Both the position numbers and the translations under genes were made by a program. From contig JBFWVI010000005.1 in assembly GCA_050246815.1 (NCBI GenBank), positions 32,001 to 96,000 of the forward strand: a DNA stretch of 64,000 nt. The letters run 5' to 3'. Below the pieces are notes generated by a model. It ran no database searches, was not told the DNA's origin, and was given only the letters and a program-made list of their open reading frames with translations. Below, in pieces: positions 18,863 through 27,566 of the stretch. Numbering within the stretch: position 1 is the first letter of the stretch; each line of letters starts with the position of its first letter. The DNA comes from Bdellovibrionales bacterium (GTDB taxonomy: Bacteria > Bdellovibrionota > Bdellovibrionia > Bdellovibrionales > UBA1609).

Positions 18863-19592
18863 GATCTTGCGGCGGGTGGTTCTCAAGCCACTGCTCGCAA
18901 AAGATTTTGTACATGGCTTTGCCGTCGGCGATAAAAGCCACGCGCTTTCGCTCTTCGGGGCTAAGCTCATCAAACAAGTAATCGTCATCCACCATCACCA
19001 ATCTCTGAGTGGGCTCGGCTTCGATCAGATAGTCGTCCGTCAGCAGATCGGCCAAAGTCTTCCCCTTAAGAGCGGCCCGCCGATAGTAGCCGGCAAAGTG
19101 GTCCAAAACGATCAGCTTTTTTGTTGGCACCAGCTTCACATGCAACAAGGGATCGCGCTCTTGGGATAGATCCAGCATTTGTGACACTTCACTAGGGTTG
19201 TTATTTTGACTCATACGCGAGCCCAAAAAGTCCAACCACAATTGCAAAAGCTCGGTTGTGCCGTCACCAGGCTTTGTGCGCAACCAAAGAGTGACTGGGC
19301 GCGGAGGTATTTTAAAACGATCTAAAAGCGCCACCGGATACCAATAAGAATAAAAAATATCAAAAGCCAAGGCCTGCTGAGTCTCGGTCAAAGTCCTCTT
19401 GGCAAACCGCTGTGTGAACTCATTGAACAGCGTCAAGGATTTTTGAGCCATATCCACACCACGACTTTGCTCGTGTTCAAATGCCTTTTTCAAATGAGGG
19501 GGCACTTGCTTTGGCGAGGCCCATGCCAGAATTGAAAATGGCAAAAGAGCAAAAATCAGAAAGGTTAACAAGACTTTAATTCTTTGCGTCAT
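18846..19592 (-). CDS. Secreted hypothetical protein with a degenerate P-loop-like segment
   Basis: Signal peptide (AWA); TLWLRTKPGDGTTEL and LIVLDHF; C-terminal CEQWL. Confidence 0.65.
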   Translation of the reverse strand: MTQRIKVLLTFLIFALLPFSILAWASPKQVPPHLKKAFEHEQSRGVDMAQKSLTLFNEFTQRFAKRTLTETQQALAFDIFYSYWYPVALLDRFKIPPRPVTLWLRTKPGDGTTELLQLWLDFLGSRMSQNNNPSEVSQMLDLSQERDPLLHVKLVPTKKLIVLDHFAGYYRRAALKGKTLADLLTDDYLIEAEPTQRLVMVDDDYLFDELSPEERKRVAFIADGKAMYKIFCEQWLENHPPQDPKANN

Positions 19593-19718
19593 TTCCCCTT
19601 TATAAAGTATCCAAGCCCAATTTTCATCCCTGTTTTATACTTCTTGCCCCTAATGCGCATGGCCGTGAAACGCTTACAGGCGCCATGACCTTAAAGCCCA
19701 TTAAATCTGTGCTGGGCC

Positions 19719-19734
19719 TGGCACCCGGTCTGCT
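19719..19734 (+). promoter_or_regulatory. Putative sigma-54 promoter
   Basis: TGGCACCCGGTCTGCT (GG-N10-GC) upstream of the 19783 gene. Confidence 0.65.
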
Positions 19735-19782
19735 TTTAGATTCCCTGACTCCAGTTTTGGGTAAGAAAGGGAGCTCAAGTAT

Positions 19783-20556
19783 ATGGGGACAAGGAGCCTA
19801 GGGGCTATCCTTCTAATATTGTTCGCCAAGGGTGCAGTGGCCGCTGACGGGGTTTGCTTTGCAGACCCCGAGCAGCTTTTTAAAAGCCAACCTAAGATCG
19901 CGGTTGTTTACGAGTGCAGCTCAAAAACTGAAAGCAAGCTTTGCACTTCGGATGTCGGTTCGGACTGTCAACGAGTGCACGTTGAAGCCGGTTTAGAGCG
20001 CTTGAATTCAAGCCGTTACATTTTGGGCAATAAAAACTCTGTGGCAGCTCAAAATCTGATCAAGAGTCAATCGCCGCGTAAGCAAGTGCTTGGCGCTTAC
20101 CTTTCGGCCATGGATTACAGCGAAGGTATTATTGTCGATCCTCTTTTGAGTATTCAGACCGGCCCGTATCCGCAAGTGATGGTGTCACCACAAGCCCTGA
20201 ATTCAAAATGCATGACCGCCATCGTGCAAGCGGCTTACAAGCTGCACACGTTCTTCCAAAACTACAGTTTCGTGGTGGACTCACATATTCAAAGCTGCCA
20301 GAACTTAAAAGACGGCATCCGACAATTGATCGCGCAGCGTGAAAAGGTGCAAGGCAACTTGAACCAATTCCATTCGCCGCTACACTCCGTGTTTTTGACC
20401 AACCGCACGCGTTTTGTGAATAAAGAAATCGGCCAAATGGGCTTGCACATCAATGTGGATCGTGAGGGTGAAATCCGCCGCCGCCTGATCGACTTTGAGG
20501 TCAGCGCCATTCCCACCGATTCGCCGCGAACGCGCTTGAGTGGTTTAAGCAATTAA
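19783..20556 (+). CDS. Secreted Cys-containing hypothetical protein
   Basis: 257-aa ORF, RBS AAGGGAG, signal peptide, six Cys. Confidence 0.7.
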   Translation: MGTRSLGAILLILFAKGAVAADGVCFADPEQLFKSQPKIAVVYECSSKTESKLCTSDVGSDCQRVHVEAGLERLNSSRYILGNKNSVAAQNLIKSQSPRKQVLGAYLSAMDYSEGIIVDPLLSIQTGPYPQVMVSPQALNSKCMTAIVQAAYKLHTFFQNYSFVVDSHIQSCQNLKDGIRQLIAQREKVQGNLNQFHSPLHSVFLTNRTRFVNKEIGQMGLHINVDREGEIRRRLIDFEVSAIPTDSPRTRLSGLSN

Positions 20557-20574
20557 CTTTTTAGGAGGTTTTTT

Positions 20575-21168
20575 ATGATTCGCATTTTATTGTTGAGTTT
20601 GATGGCGATGGGCCTGATGGCCTGCAAAGAAGACAAAGGCGGCAACCGAGTCACCACTTTTGATGGCAGCACGGCTCGCCCGCTGAATCTTCCCGTCGGA
20701 ACGGCCGAAATGACAGTTTCTGGCGCCATCAATAAAAAAGTGGTCATGCGGGATGCAAGAGGCTCTTTTGACGAAGTGGTCTGTGCCTATGACGCTCACA
20801 AAAGACATCTTTATATCGGCGCCCGCCGGGCAGAAGGCCGCAAGTACTGGCCCGAAAGTATCAGCATTCGATTGCCAGGAAACTCTCCATTGACCTGGCA
20901 AACCCAAATCGGGACCACCGACGTGGATGGCAAAGGCTTCATGGTCAGTTTTGATCCCGAACGATACTTTTTGGCCAACAGCTACGCCCCGGGGACGTTA
21001 GATGTGGTGCAAAGCTGTGATCTGAAAATGAAAGAAACCGGCGGCGTGTTGGATGTCTTTTTGGAATGCCCTCAGTTGACTCATGTGAACAGCAACACCG
21101 ATTTTAGTCGCAATGACATCCGGCTGAGTTTTGTCATGTCTTGCCACACCGGCAACCTTAGGCGGTAA
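20575..21168 (+). CDS. Hypothetical lipoprotein
   Basis: RBS AGGAGG; lipobox LMAC. Confidence 0.75.
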   Translation: MIRILLLSLMAMGLMACKEDKGGNRVTTFDGSTARPLNLPVGTAEMTVSGAINKKVVMRDARGSFDEVVCAYDAHKRHLYIGARRAEGRKYWPESISIRLPGNSPLTWQTQIGTTDVDGKGFMVSFDPERYFLANSYAPGTLDVVQSCDLKMKETGGVLDVFLECPQLTHVNSNTDFSRNDIRLSFVMSCHTGNLRR

Positions 21169-21330
21169 ATATGAATCGCTTACTAAGTTTACTGACTTTA
21201 TTTATCTTGGCGCCAATAAGTCCTAAAGCTTTGGCAGCTTGCAGCAAACCAGCGAGGCAGCCCATTTTTCACCAGTTGGAAACTTCGTTTCAGAGAGGGT
21301 GATAAACTGGGCCGCGTCGCACATGAAGCC

Positions 21331-21801
21331 TTAGCGCCTTTCGCCATCCATGCTCATGAAGGGTTCAAAAATGTTTGGGTCCATCGGCTGATTTCGGCCC
21401 ATGACCTTTTGCACTTCATCAAACGCGCTTAGCATCACATCCAGACGTTCACGGTCCAGTTTAACAATACGATTTTTCATCATACTGATCTCTTTGGGTG
21501 AAGCTTTCGGGTTGACCACGGTTTTGAAAAGGGCCGATTTGGTTTTGGTGATTTCGTCACGAAGTCTTGCGGTCTTTTCGAAGGTGCTGGTGTGGATCAA
21601 CATCAATTGTTCACGCTGCTCTTCGCTGAGGTTTTGAGCCTTCAGAAAAATGTTGGCTCCGCGATTGGCAAAACTTTCGTCTTGCGCCACCGGTGTCTCG
21701 GCTTGAACCTTTTTTTCGACGTCCCGCTTCTCATCCTGCGTGGCACAGCCAGTCACCAAAATCGTTAAACCTAAAAGTCCTGCAACCGCAATTGCTTTCA
21801 T
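21331..21801 (-). CDS. Spy/CpxP/ZraP-like periplasmic helical lipoprotein
   Basis: Lipobox VTGC; NLSEEQREQL (LTxEQ-like) followed by long amphipathic helices. Confidence 0.7.
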   Translation of the reverse strand: MKAIAVAGLLGLTILVTGCATQDEKRDVEKKVQAETPVAQDESFANRGANIFLKAQNLSEEQREQLMLIHTSTFEKTARLRDEITKTKSALFKTVVNPKASPKEISMMKNRIVKLDRERLDVMLSAFDEVQKVMGRNQPMDPNIFEPFMSMDGERR

Positions 21802-21849
21802 AAAGCCTCCGTTATTGTGTAGCGTTGTTGTTCATAGGCACTGCTGTTC

Positions 21850-21865
21850 AGCAGAAGATATGCCA
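21850..21865 (-). promoter_or_regulatory. Putative sigma-54 promoter of the Spy/ZraP-like gene
   Basis: TGGCATATCTTCTGCT on the minus strand (GG-N10-GC). Confidence 0.65.
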
Positions 21866-21954
21866 AAGGCCTGCATCCACCAGGACGGCTTTAATCAAGT
21901 TCGGCGGCACGCACGAGACAATTTGTCCAGTGCTCCGCTGCACATGTCCCAAAA

Positions 21955-22341
21955 CTACTTTCGTTTGCCGTCGAGTTTGAATAGAAACTTTTCCACACTT
22001 TTGCCTTTAAGGCCGGCGCGAACTTCAATCCGAGTGTCCTGGTCAGGGGCGATCTGGTCACCAAGCACGAAATAATCCCCTTCGCGACTGAGAACCAAAT
22101 CTTGGGCCGGGTACGGGTTCAGGCGGCGGATCTGGACGTTCAATTCGTTCAAATCGATGCGCGCCTCTTCTTTGCCAACAATAAAGATTTTAATGGGCTG
22201 CCCCAGCGACAAACGGACATTTAAAAGTTGTCCTTGCCGACTCAAGGTATTCAAGTCGGGACGGCTGGGATCTTGTTGCGGATCTTGCGCCAAAGCTGTA
22301 CCCGTAACCAACATACAACCGATCAACAGTCTCTTGAACAT
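21955..22341 (-). CDS. Secreted hypothetical protein
   Basis: RBS GGAGG, signal peptide (ALA), 128 aa. Confidence 0.75.
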   Translation of the reverse strand: MFKRLLIGCMLVTGTALAQDPQQDPSRPDLNTLSRQGQLLNVRLSLGQPIKIFIVGKEEARIDLNELNVQIRRLNPYPAQDLVLSREGDYFVLGDQIAPDQDTRIEVRAGLKGKSVEKFLFKLDGKRK

Positions 22342-22367
22342 AAGGACCTCCGTTTGATTAGAGCTAT

Positions 22368-22994
22368 CTAGACCTCAGCGCCGCCCTCATTACCCATGGG
22401 GCTTAGGCCTTGCAGGTGCCGTTGCAATAAAGACTTCAGTTCATTCTGAAAACGTCTCAGTTCTTCATGCGAAATTTCAATCCGTCCATGATCTCGCAGC
22501 GGGTGCTTCAGCAAATCTGCAAACCAGCCCTGCGAAGGTAACACGCCTTGGACATAAAGTAACTTCGCTTCAAACTGAAGCTTCAACATTTCAAGTTTGG
22601 TGCTGGACTCCGCGGCAAACAATCCGTTGCCGAGCAAATCAAAAAGCTCCGATGAATCTGTGACCCCGGGTTGCGCGACCTTTTCCATCAAACCAACCAT
22701 ACTCAAGGCGGTTTCAAGTCGTTCATAGACGTCCCGAAGCCCGTTGAAGCCCTTGATCAACTCCGCCTCTTGCAAATTGTGCAGCGGACTTTCATCGTGA
22801 CGGGATTGGCTTGGGCGATAGTGAGCTAAAATGTAGTGGGTGGGCTCTAAAATACCACCGGAAAATCGCTTTCGACTTTTCATCGCGCCGCGCGCGATAA
22901 AACTCATCCTTGCACCCTGGGGATTAAGACCGTGCACCATCAAATCGGCTTCACTCCACTTGAACGTGCGCAGCACGATCAGCTTTTCTTTCAT
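22368..22994 (-). CDS. recO: DNA repair protein RecO
   Basis: IVLRTFKWSEADLMV, IARGAMKSRKRFSGGILEP. Confidence 0.88.
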   Translation of the reverse strand: MKEKLIVLRTFKWSEADLMVHGLNPQGARMSFIARGAMKSRKRFSGGILEPTHYILAHYRPSQSRHDESPLHNLQEAELIKGFNGLRDVYERLETALSMVGLMEKVAQPGVTDSSELFDLLGNGLFAAESSTKLEMLKLQFEAKLLYVQGVLPSQGWFADLLKHPLRDHGRIEISHEELRRFQNELKSLLQRHLQGLSPMGNEGGAEV

Positions 22995-23980
22995 GCGGAC
23001 CCCGGCGAAGGCTCAGGTCTACGCCCTCGCTGCAGATAAAGTAGGGCTCCGACCAAGCCCCAAGCCAGCAGAGCCATTTGAAATGCGGTGATCGCCACCT
23101 GCCCCAACTGAGAAGCTTGCCCCGAATAAAGTTGGAACAAGACTAAAAAGGCCACTTGCCCCACCCCTAAGCCGGCTGGCGCAATGGGCAGCGACGCCGC
23201 GATAAACCCAAGTGGAACCGCAAAAAAGTAGGTTCCAATCGAAATTTCACTGTGCCCGGTGGCAAAGCCCACCATCATCATAAAGCCCGTGCTGATCACC
23301 TGGGCCACAGCGCTTAAAATCAGCGCCTTCAATAAAATACTTTTACAAGTGCTGTAGGCCTGCGTGGCCCGATAAAGTCGTAATAATTTTTCTTGAAGCG
23401 GCAGCTTCTGCAACCAGCGGTCCACTTGCAACAACTGACTGAATCGACGTGAAAAAGCTGCCAGCCAAAACAAAGTCATCAGCAAAAAGACTATCAGGGT
23501 TCCAAGCGCCAGGCTTTTCAAACGCATCTCAGCGGCAACGCGTGGCCAGTTCACCACTATGGCCGAAAGGGCCAGGATCACCATGGCGTACAGCCCCAAA
23601 AGGCGATCCAAAATCACCGTCAGCACCGCATCCACCCGACGCTGAGGATTGTCTTGTGCGATGTAATAGCCCTTCACCACATCTCCGCCGATTGAACCAG
23701 GCAAAGCGTAATTGAAGAACGTGCCAATCAAAAAAAGCCGCGTCGCTTCCAAATACGAAGTGGTAAAGCCCCGGCTCAGCAGCAGGATTTGCCAGCGCCA
23801 CGCCTGCACTAAAATCGTAGTCCCCACCAAACCTAGGCCCAACACCAGGGGCTGAGGCGCCAAAAGCTGCGAAAAAAGCGAAAGATCCAGGTGACCGCGA
23901 GCGATCAAATACCAGATCAGCCCAATTGCGAACCCCAATTTGGCGAAATTGATCAGTCTTTGGCGGATCTTCACAGGCAA
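22991..23980 (-). CDS. Lysylphosphatidylglycerol synthase TM-domain (flippase-like) membrane protein
   Basis: RWQILL, FFNYALPGSIGGDVVK, DRLLGL, PIAPAGLGV; multiple TM helices. Confidence 0.88.
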   Translation of the reverse strand: MPVKIRQRLINFAKLGFAIGLIWYLIARGHLDLSLFSQLLAPQPLVLGLGLVGTTILVQAWRWQILLLSRGFTTSYLEATRLFLIGTFFNYALPGSIGGDVVKGYYIAQDNPQRRVDAVLTVILDRLLGLYAMVILALSAIVVNWPRVAAEMRLKSLALGTLIVFLLMTLFWLAAFSRRFSQLLQVDRWLQKLPLQEKLLRLYRATQAYSTCKSILLKALILSAVAQVISTGFMMMVGFATGHSEISIGTYFFAVPLGFIAASLPIAPAGLGVGQVAFLVLFQLYSGQASQLGQVAITAFQMALLAWGLVGALLYLQRGRRPEPSPGSA

Positions 23981-24065
23981 GTGTTCCTTTGCGGTTGCAG
24001 CCGAGGTTGGACTATATTACCCCTCATTTGTAGCAAAATGCGGGCAAGAGTGCCAAGGAGAGATC

Positions 24066-25436
24066 ATGGATATCGCCGTCATCGGGACAGGATATGTAGG
24101 CTTGGTGGCCGCCACGTGCTTTGCCGACGCCGGGCATAACCTGATCTGCGCTGATGCCAACCGCGAAAAACTAACACTCTTGAAAGCGGGCAAAGTCCCA
24201 TTTTATGAACCCGGCCTTGAGGAGCTCTTTGCACAAAGCAAAAAACGCATGACCTTCGTTCCTGGGGTGGCGGACGCCGTTACCAAAGCAAATGTGATTT
24301 TTGTCGCCGTGGGCACTCCCGAATTGCCAGACGGTAGCGCCGATATGCAGCCGACTTTTCGAGTTTTAGAAGAAATCTGCGCGTCCGTGACCGAGCCAAG
24401 TCTGGTGGTTTTGAAAAGCACGGTCCCCATCGGCACGGCCCGACGAGCCTCTCAGTATTGCCTGCAGTATGCCAAACACCCCATCGAGATCGTCAGCAAT
24501 CCTGAATTCCTGCGCCAGGGCGCGGCGCTTGAGGATTTTCTAAAGCCAGATCGCGTGGTCATCGGCTGCCAAAGCGAAAAAGCCAAAGTCACCATGACCG
24601 AACTTTACGAACCTTTTTTGCGCCACGGTGGCCGAATGCAGTCCATGGACAACACCTCGGCCGAAATGGTGAAATATGCGGCCAATTCGTTTTTGGCTTT
24701 GAAAATCAGTTTTATCAATGAACTGGCCTTACTTGCCGACAAGCTTGGCGCCGACATCGATCGCGTGCGTGAGGGCTTCACCTCCGACCACCGAATTAAT
24801 CCGGCTTTCTTTAATCCTGGTATTGGTTATGGCGGCAGTTGCTTTCCGAAAGACGTGCGTGCTTTGGTTTACACCGGCAAACAGGTGGGTTTAGACCTGA
24901 AACTGCTGCAAGCGGCCGATGATGTGAACGAACGCCAAAAATCAATTTTGACCGATCGATTGTACAAACGCTTTGGAAGCCTTCAAGGTTTGAAGATCGC
25001 CATCTGGGGCCTGGCCTTTAAGCCCCGCACCGATGATGTGCGCCGCGCGCCCGCCATCAAAATCATGGAAGATTTGGTTCGCCATGGCGCCACGGTCAGC
25101 GCTTATGATCCCATCGCCATGGAAAACACCAAACAGGCCAGCCTGGCCAAATTTGAAGCGGCGGGCAGCGCCCTTGAAGCTGCCCATGGCGCGGATGCAC
25201 TTTTGATCATCACCGAGTGGAGCGAGTTCAAAGGGGTCGACTTAGAGCAACTTAAAAGCGAACTGCGCCAACCGGTGATCTTCGATGGCCGCAATCTCTT
25301 CGACCCCGCCAAAATGAGTGAACAAGGTTTTGAGTATTATGGCATCGGCCGCCAGGTGCGTGGCACCAGCCTGACCACGCAAAATGAAAAACTCAACCCC
25401 CTGGCCTCTTCGTCTTGGATGCAAAGCCCATTGTAA
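24066..25436 (+). CDS. ugd: UDP-glucose/GDP-mannose 6-dehydrogenase
   Basis: RBS AAGGAG then MDIAVIGTGYVGLV; SNPEFLRQG; GYGGSCFPKD; GLAFKPRTDD. Confidence 0.95.
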   Translation: MDIAVIGTGYVGLVAATCFADAGHNLICADANREKLTLLKAGKVPFYEPGLEELFAQSKKRMTFVPGVADAVTKANVIFVAVGTPELPDGSADMQPTFRVLEEICASVTEPSLVVLKSTVPIGTARRASQYCLQYAKHPIEIVSNPEFLRQGAALEDFLKPDRVVIGCQSEKAKVTMTELYEPFLRHGGRMQSMDNTSAEMVKYAANSFLALKISFINELALLADKLGADIDRVREGFTSDHRINPAFFNPGIGYGGSCFPKDVRALVYTGKQVGLDLKLLQAADDVNERQKSILTDRLYKRFGSLQGLKIAIWGLAFKPRTDDVRRAPAIKIMEDLVRHGATVSAYDPIAMENTKQASLAKFEAAGSALEAAHGADALLIITEWSEFKGVDLEQLKSELRQPVIFDGRNLFDPAKMSEQGFEYYGIGRQVRGTSLTTQNEKLNPLASSSWMQSPL

Positions 25437-25466
25437 AATTCTCTTCAACTCGGTAGAGGCTATTAA

Positions 25467-26453
25467 TTAACCGTTTTGGATTTTCAGAATTTCGGCACGT
25501 ATAATGCTTAAGTGAGCAGCCAGATTTTGGTCCACGTAGCGCTGATCGATGATCACCGTGCCGCGAATCATTTCATCGTTAAAGCCAAAGTCACGCAACC
25601 AATCCATGGTGCGCACCCCACGCCAACGATTCAAAGAAGTCGTTTCAAAAGAACTGCTTTCACCAGGGCCTGCCAGCTTATGCTTTAAACGTTCAGCAAG
25701 CCTTGTGATCACCGCAAAGCCGTCCATATCGGGCCAATAAAGCACCACACGATCTGGAATTCGCGCCGCTCCACTCGCAAATACCCTTTTGCTCTCAGCC
25801 GGTAATGACGCCTCAAATTTTTCAACGATGTCGGGGTTGACCAATTCTTGGCGCTTTAATTTTTCGACTTCGCTCAGCGCGTTGGCCGCCAGCGCTACGC
25901 TTTCAGAGAACTGAATTGGCCAGCGCACACGGGCCGAGTGAAACACCGCTGCCAGATGTGAGCCCAGCGAGTGCACATGAAACATCTGCCGCGTGTAAGC
26001 CGTGGGCAAGGGTAAAAAACGATGGTGAGCATGGGACACTTTCAACAAGATGACTTTTTTGGCTTCGATAACCTCTTGTAGAAAGGTCAAATCATGCAGT
26101 CGCCCCAACATCGGATCGTCTTCGCTGCATAAAACCAGCAATCCATCTGAAGAAATCGCCGCTTCGAGAGCCGCCTTGTCTAGCAAGAGATTTGGCTCCA
26201 AAGCCTGAATGGCGCACCCCTCGCGCGACAGAAGAGTCGTTGCGGCCTCGTAAACCGGGTCCATGTTTTTAAATAAGTAAATTTTCTTTTTGTGTGGGAA
26301 CTGCTTCAACAATCCCACGGTCAACTCACAAAGTGCCGCGCTAAGGCCTGCCAGCAGCTTAACCGCGCCGCCGACGGCTTCGACACCCAGTAGAGTCGAG
26401 GCCTTTTCATTGAGTTCCTGCCAGTGATGGGGCGGCTGAAAATCAATTTGCAC
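25467..26453 (-). CDS. Hypothetical protein, possibly a degenerate PLP-dependent (class V aminotransferase-like) fold
   Basis: 328-aa ORF; overall layout recalls cysteine desulfurase, but no SxHK lysine motif is visible. Confidence 0.55.
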   Translation of the reverse strand: MQIDFQPPHHWQELNEKASTLLGVEAVGGAVKLLAGLSAALCELTVGLLKQFPHKKKIYLFKNMDPVYEAATTLLSREGCAIQALEPNLLLDKAALEAAISSDGLLVLCSEDDPMLGRLHDLTFLQEVIEAKKVILLKVSHAHHRFLPLPTAYTRQMFHVHSLGSHLAAVFHSARVRWPIQFSESVALAANALSEVEKLKRQELVNPDIVEKFEASLPAESKRVFASGAARIPDRVVLYWPDMDGFAVITRLAERLKHKLAGPGESSSFETTSLNRWRGVRTMDWLRDFGFNDEMIRGTVIIDQRYVDQNLAAHLSIIRAEILKIQNG

Positions 26454-26471
26454 AAATGCCCTTTTAAAAAG

Positions 26472-26969
26472 TTAACGAACGGATTTTAAAAAATTAAAAA
26501 ATTTGGCCTCAACCGCGTCCAGGGTCATGGGCTTTTTGCACTTTGGGCATGGGACTTCGGGCAACTGAAGTTTGTAACTCTCTTTGTTTGAAGCGTACTG
26601 ATAATCTTTGCCACGGGTCAAAGTCACCGACTGTTCTTTGTTGCAGTCTTCGCAAATCATTGGCGCGCTTAAGCTTTCGACCGTTCCGTTGTTGGGTAAA
26701 AACCCGACGACCATATTCACCTGTGCGATGATCAGGGTGGGACAGTTGTACATTTGAATGTTGGTGTCGGGCGGAAAACGACCGGTCCAATTGATCCAGT
26801 TTTTCACACCGACAGAGTTTAGATAGCTCACGCCATTTAAGTCGAAGGCGACTTTTTTAACGCCGGCAAAGTTCAAATCAAACAGCTCTGCGCCCTCGCC
26901 GATGTAGCCGCTGACCATGACCTGTAGGGTGTCGCCTACTTTGCTGGATGTTACTTTCGCCGTCGCCAT
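26472..26969 (-). CDS. STAS (anti-sigma antagonist-like) domain plus C-terminal Zn ribbon
   Basis: FDLNGVSYLNSVGV STAS motif; CEDC...CPKC. Confidence 0.75.
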   Translation of the reverse strand: MATAKVTSSKVGDTLQVMVSGYIGEGAELFDLNFAGVKKVAFDLNGVSYLNSVGVKNWINWTGRFPPDTNIQMYNCPTLIIAQVNMVVGFLPNNGTVESLSAPMICEDCNKEQSVTLTRGKDYQYASNKESYKLQLPEVPCPKCKKPMTLDAVEAKFFNFLKSVR

Positions 26970-27041
26970 GCCCACCCTTTACGTTGTCTTTTCATTCTAC
27001 AGGGTGGGTCGCGTATATTTCAACTGGGATAAGGGACGGTG

Positions 27042-27566
27042 CTAAATTCCAGCCTTGTGACGCTCTTGATCATCCAGTCGCGTGGGGATTCCACCCTTCA
27101 AATTAGGACGATAAGCCAGATGCTGGATGTCGTAGGTGAAATTACCACCGTTTAGTGCGGGCGTCTGCCACTCTGGACCCATTCGAATCGCATCCACAGG
27201 ACAAGCCTCTTCGCAGTAACCGCAGAACACACAACGAAGAATATCAATCTCATATGCAATCGGATGTTTTTCAACACTGGGGTCGTCATGCTCTGCCGCT
27301 AAAATTTTGATACATTGGGCCGGGCAGTTGGTCGCGCACAACATACAAGCCGTGCAGCGCAAAGAACCGTCCTTCTTCACGGTCAGAACATGGTTGCCTT
27401 TGAAGCGTGGGCCGTATTCGTACTTCTCTTCGGGGTAATTCAAGGTGATCATTTTCTTTTGGTTGAAAAGATTTTTGATCATCGTGCCGAAGGTCGTTCC
27501 CATTCCAACCAGAATTCCGGGCAGGTACCACTTGGCTTTGGCATCAGGTTGCTTAACCACGCTCAT
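27042..27566 (-). CDS. nuoI: NADH-quinone oxidoreductase subunit I
   Basis: CTACMLCATNCP and CVFCGYCEEACP. Confidence 0.95.
   Translation of the reverse strand: MSVVKQPDAKAKWYLPGILVGMGTTFGTMIKNLFNQKKMITLNYPEEKYEYGPRFKGNHVLTVKKDGSLRCTACMLCATNCPAQCIKILAAEHDDPSVEKHPIAYEIDILRCVFCGYCEEACPVDAIRMGPEWQTPALNGGNFTYDIQHLAYRPNLKGGIPTRLDDQERHKAGI

Noticed and set aside
23940..24065. N-terminal extension of ugd (similarly 7911, 46587 and 55786 starts)
   Set aside because: These extensions overlap neighbouring genes; downstream starts have a better RBS or match the family N-terminus
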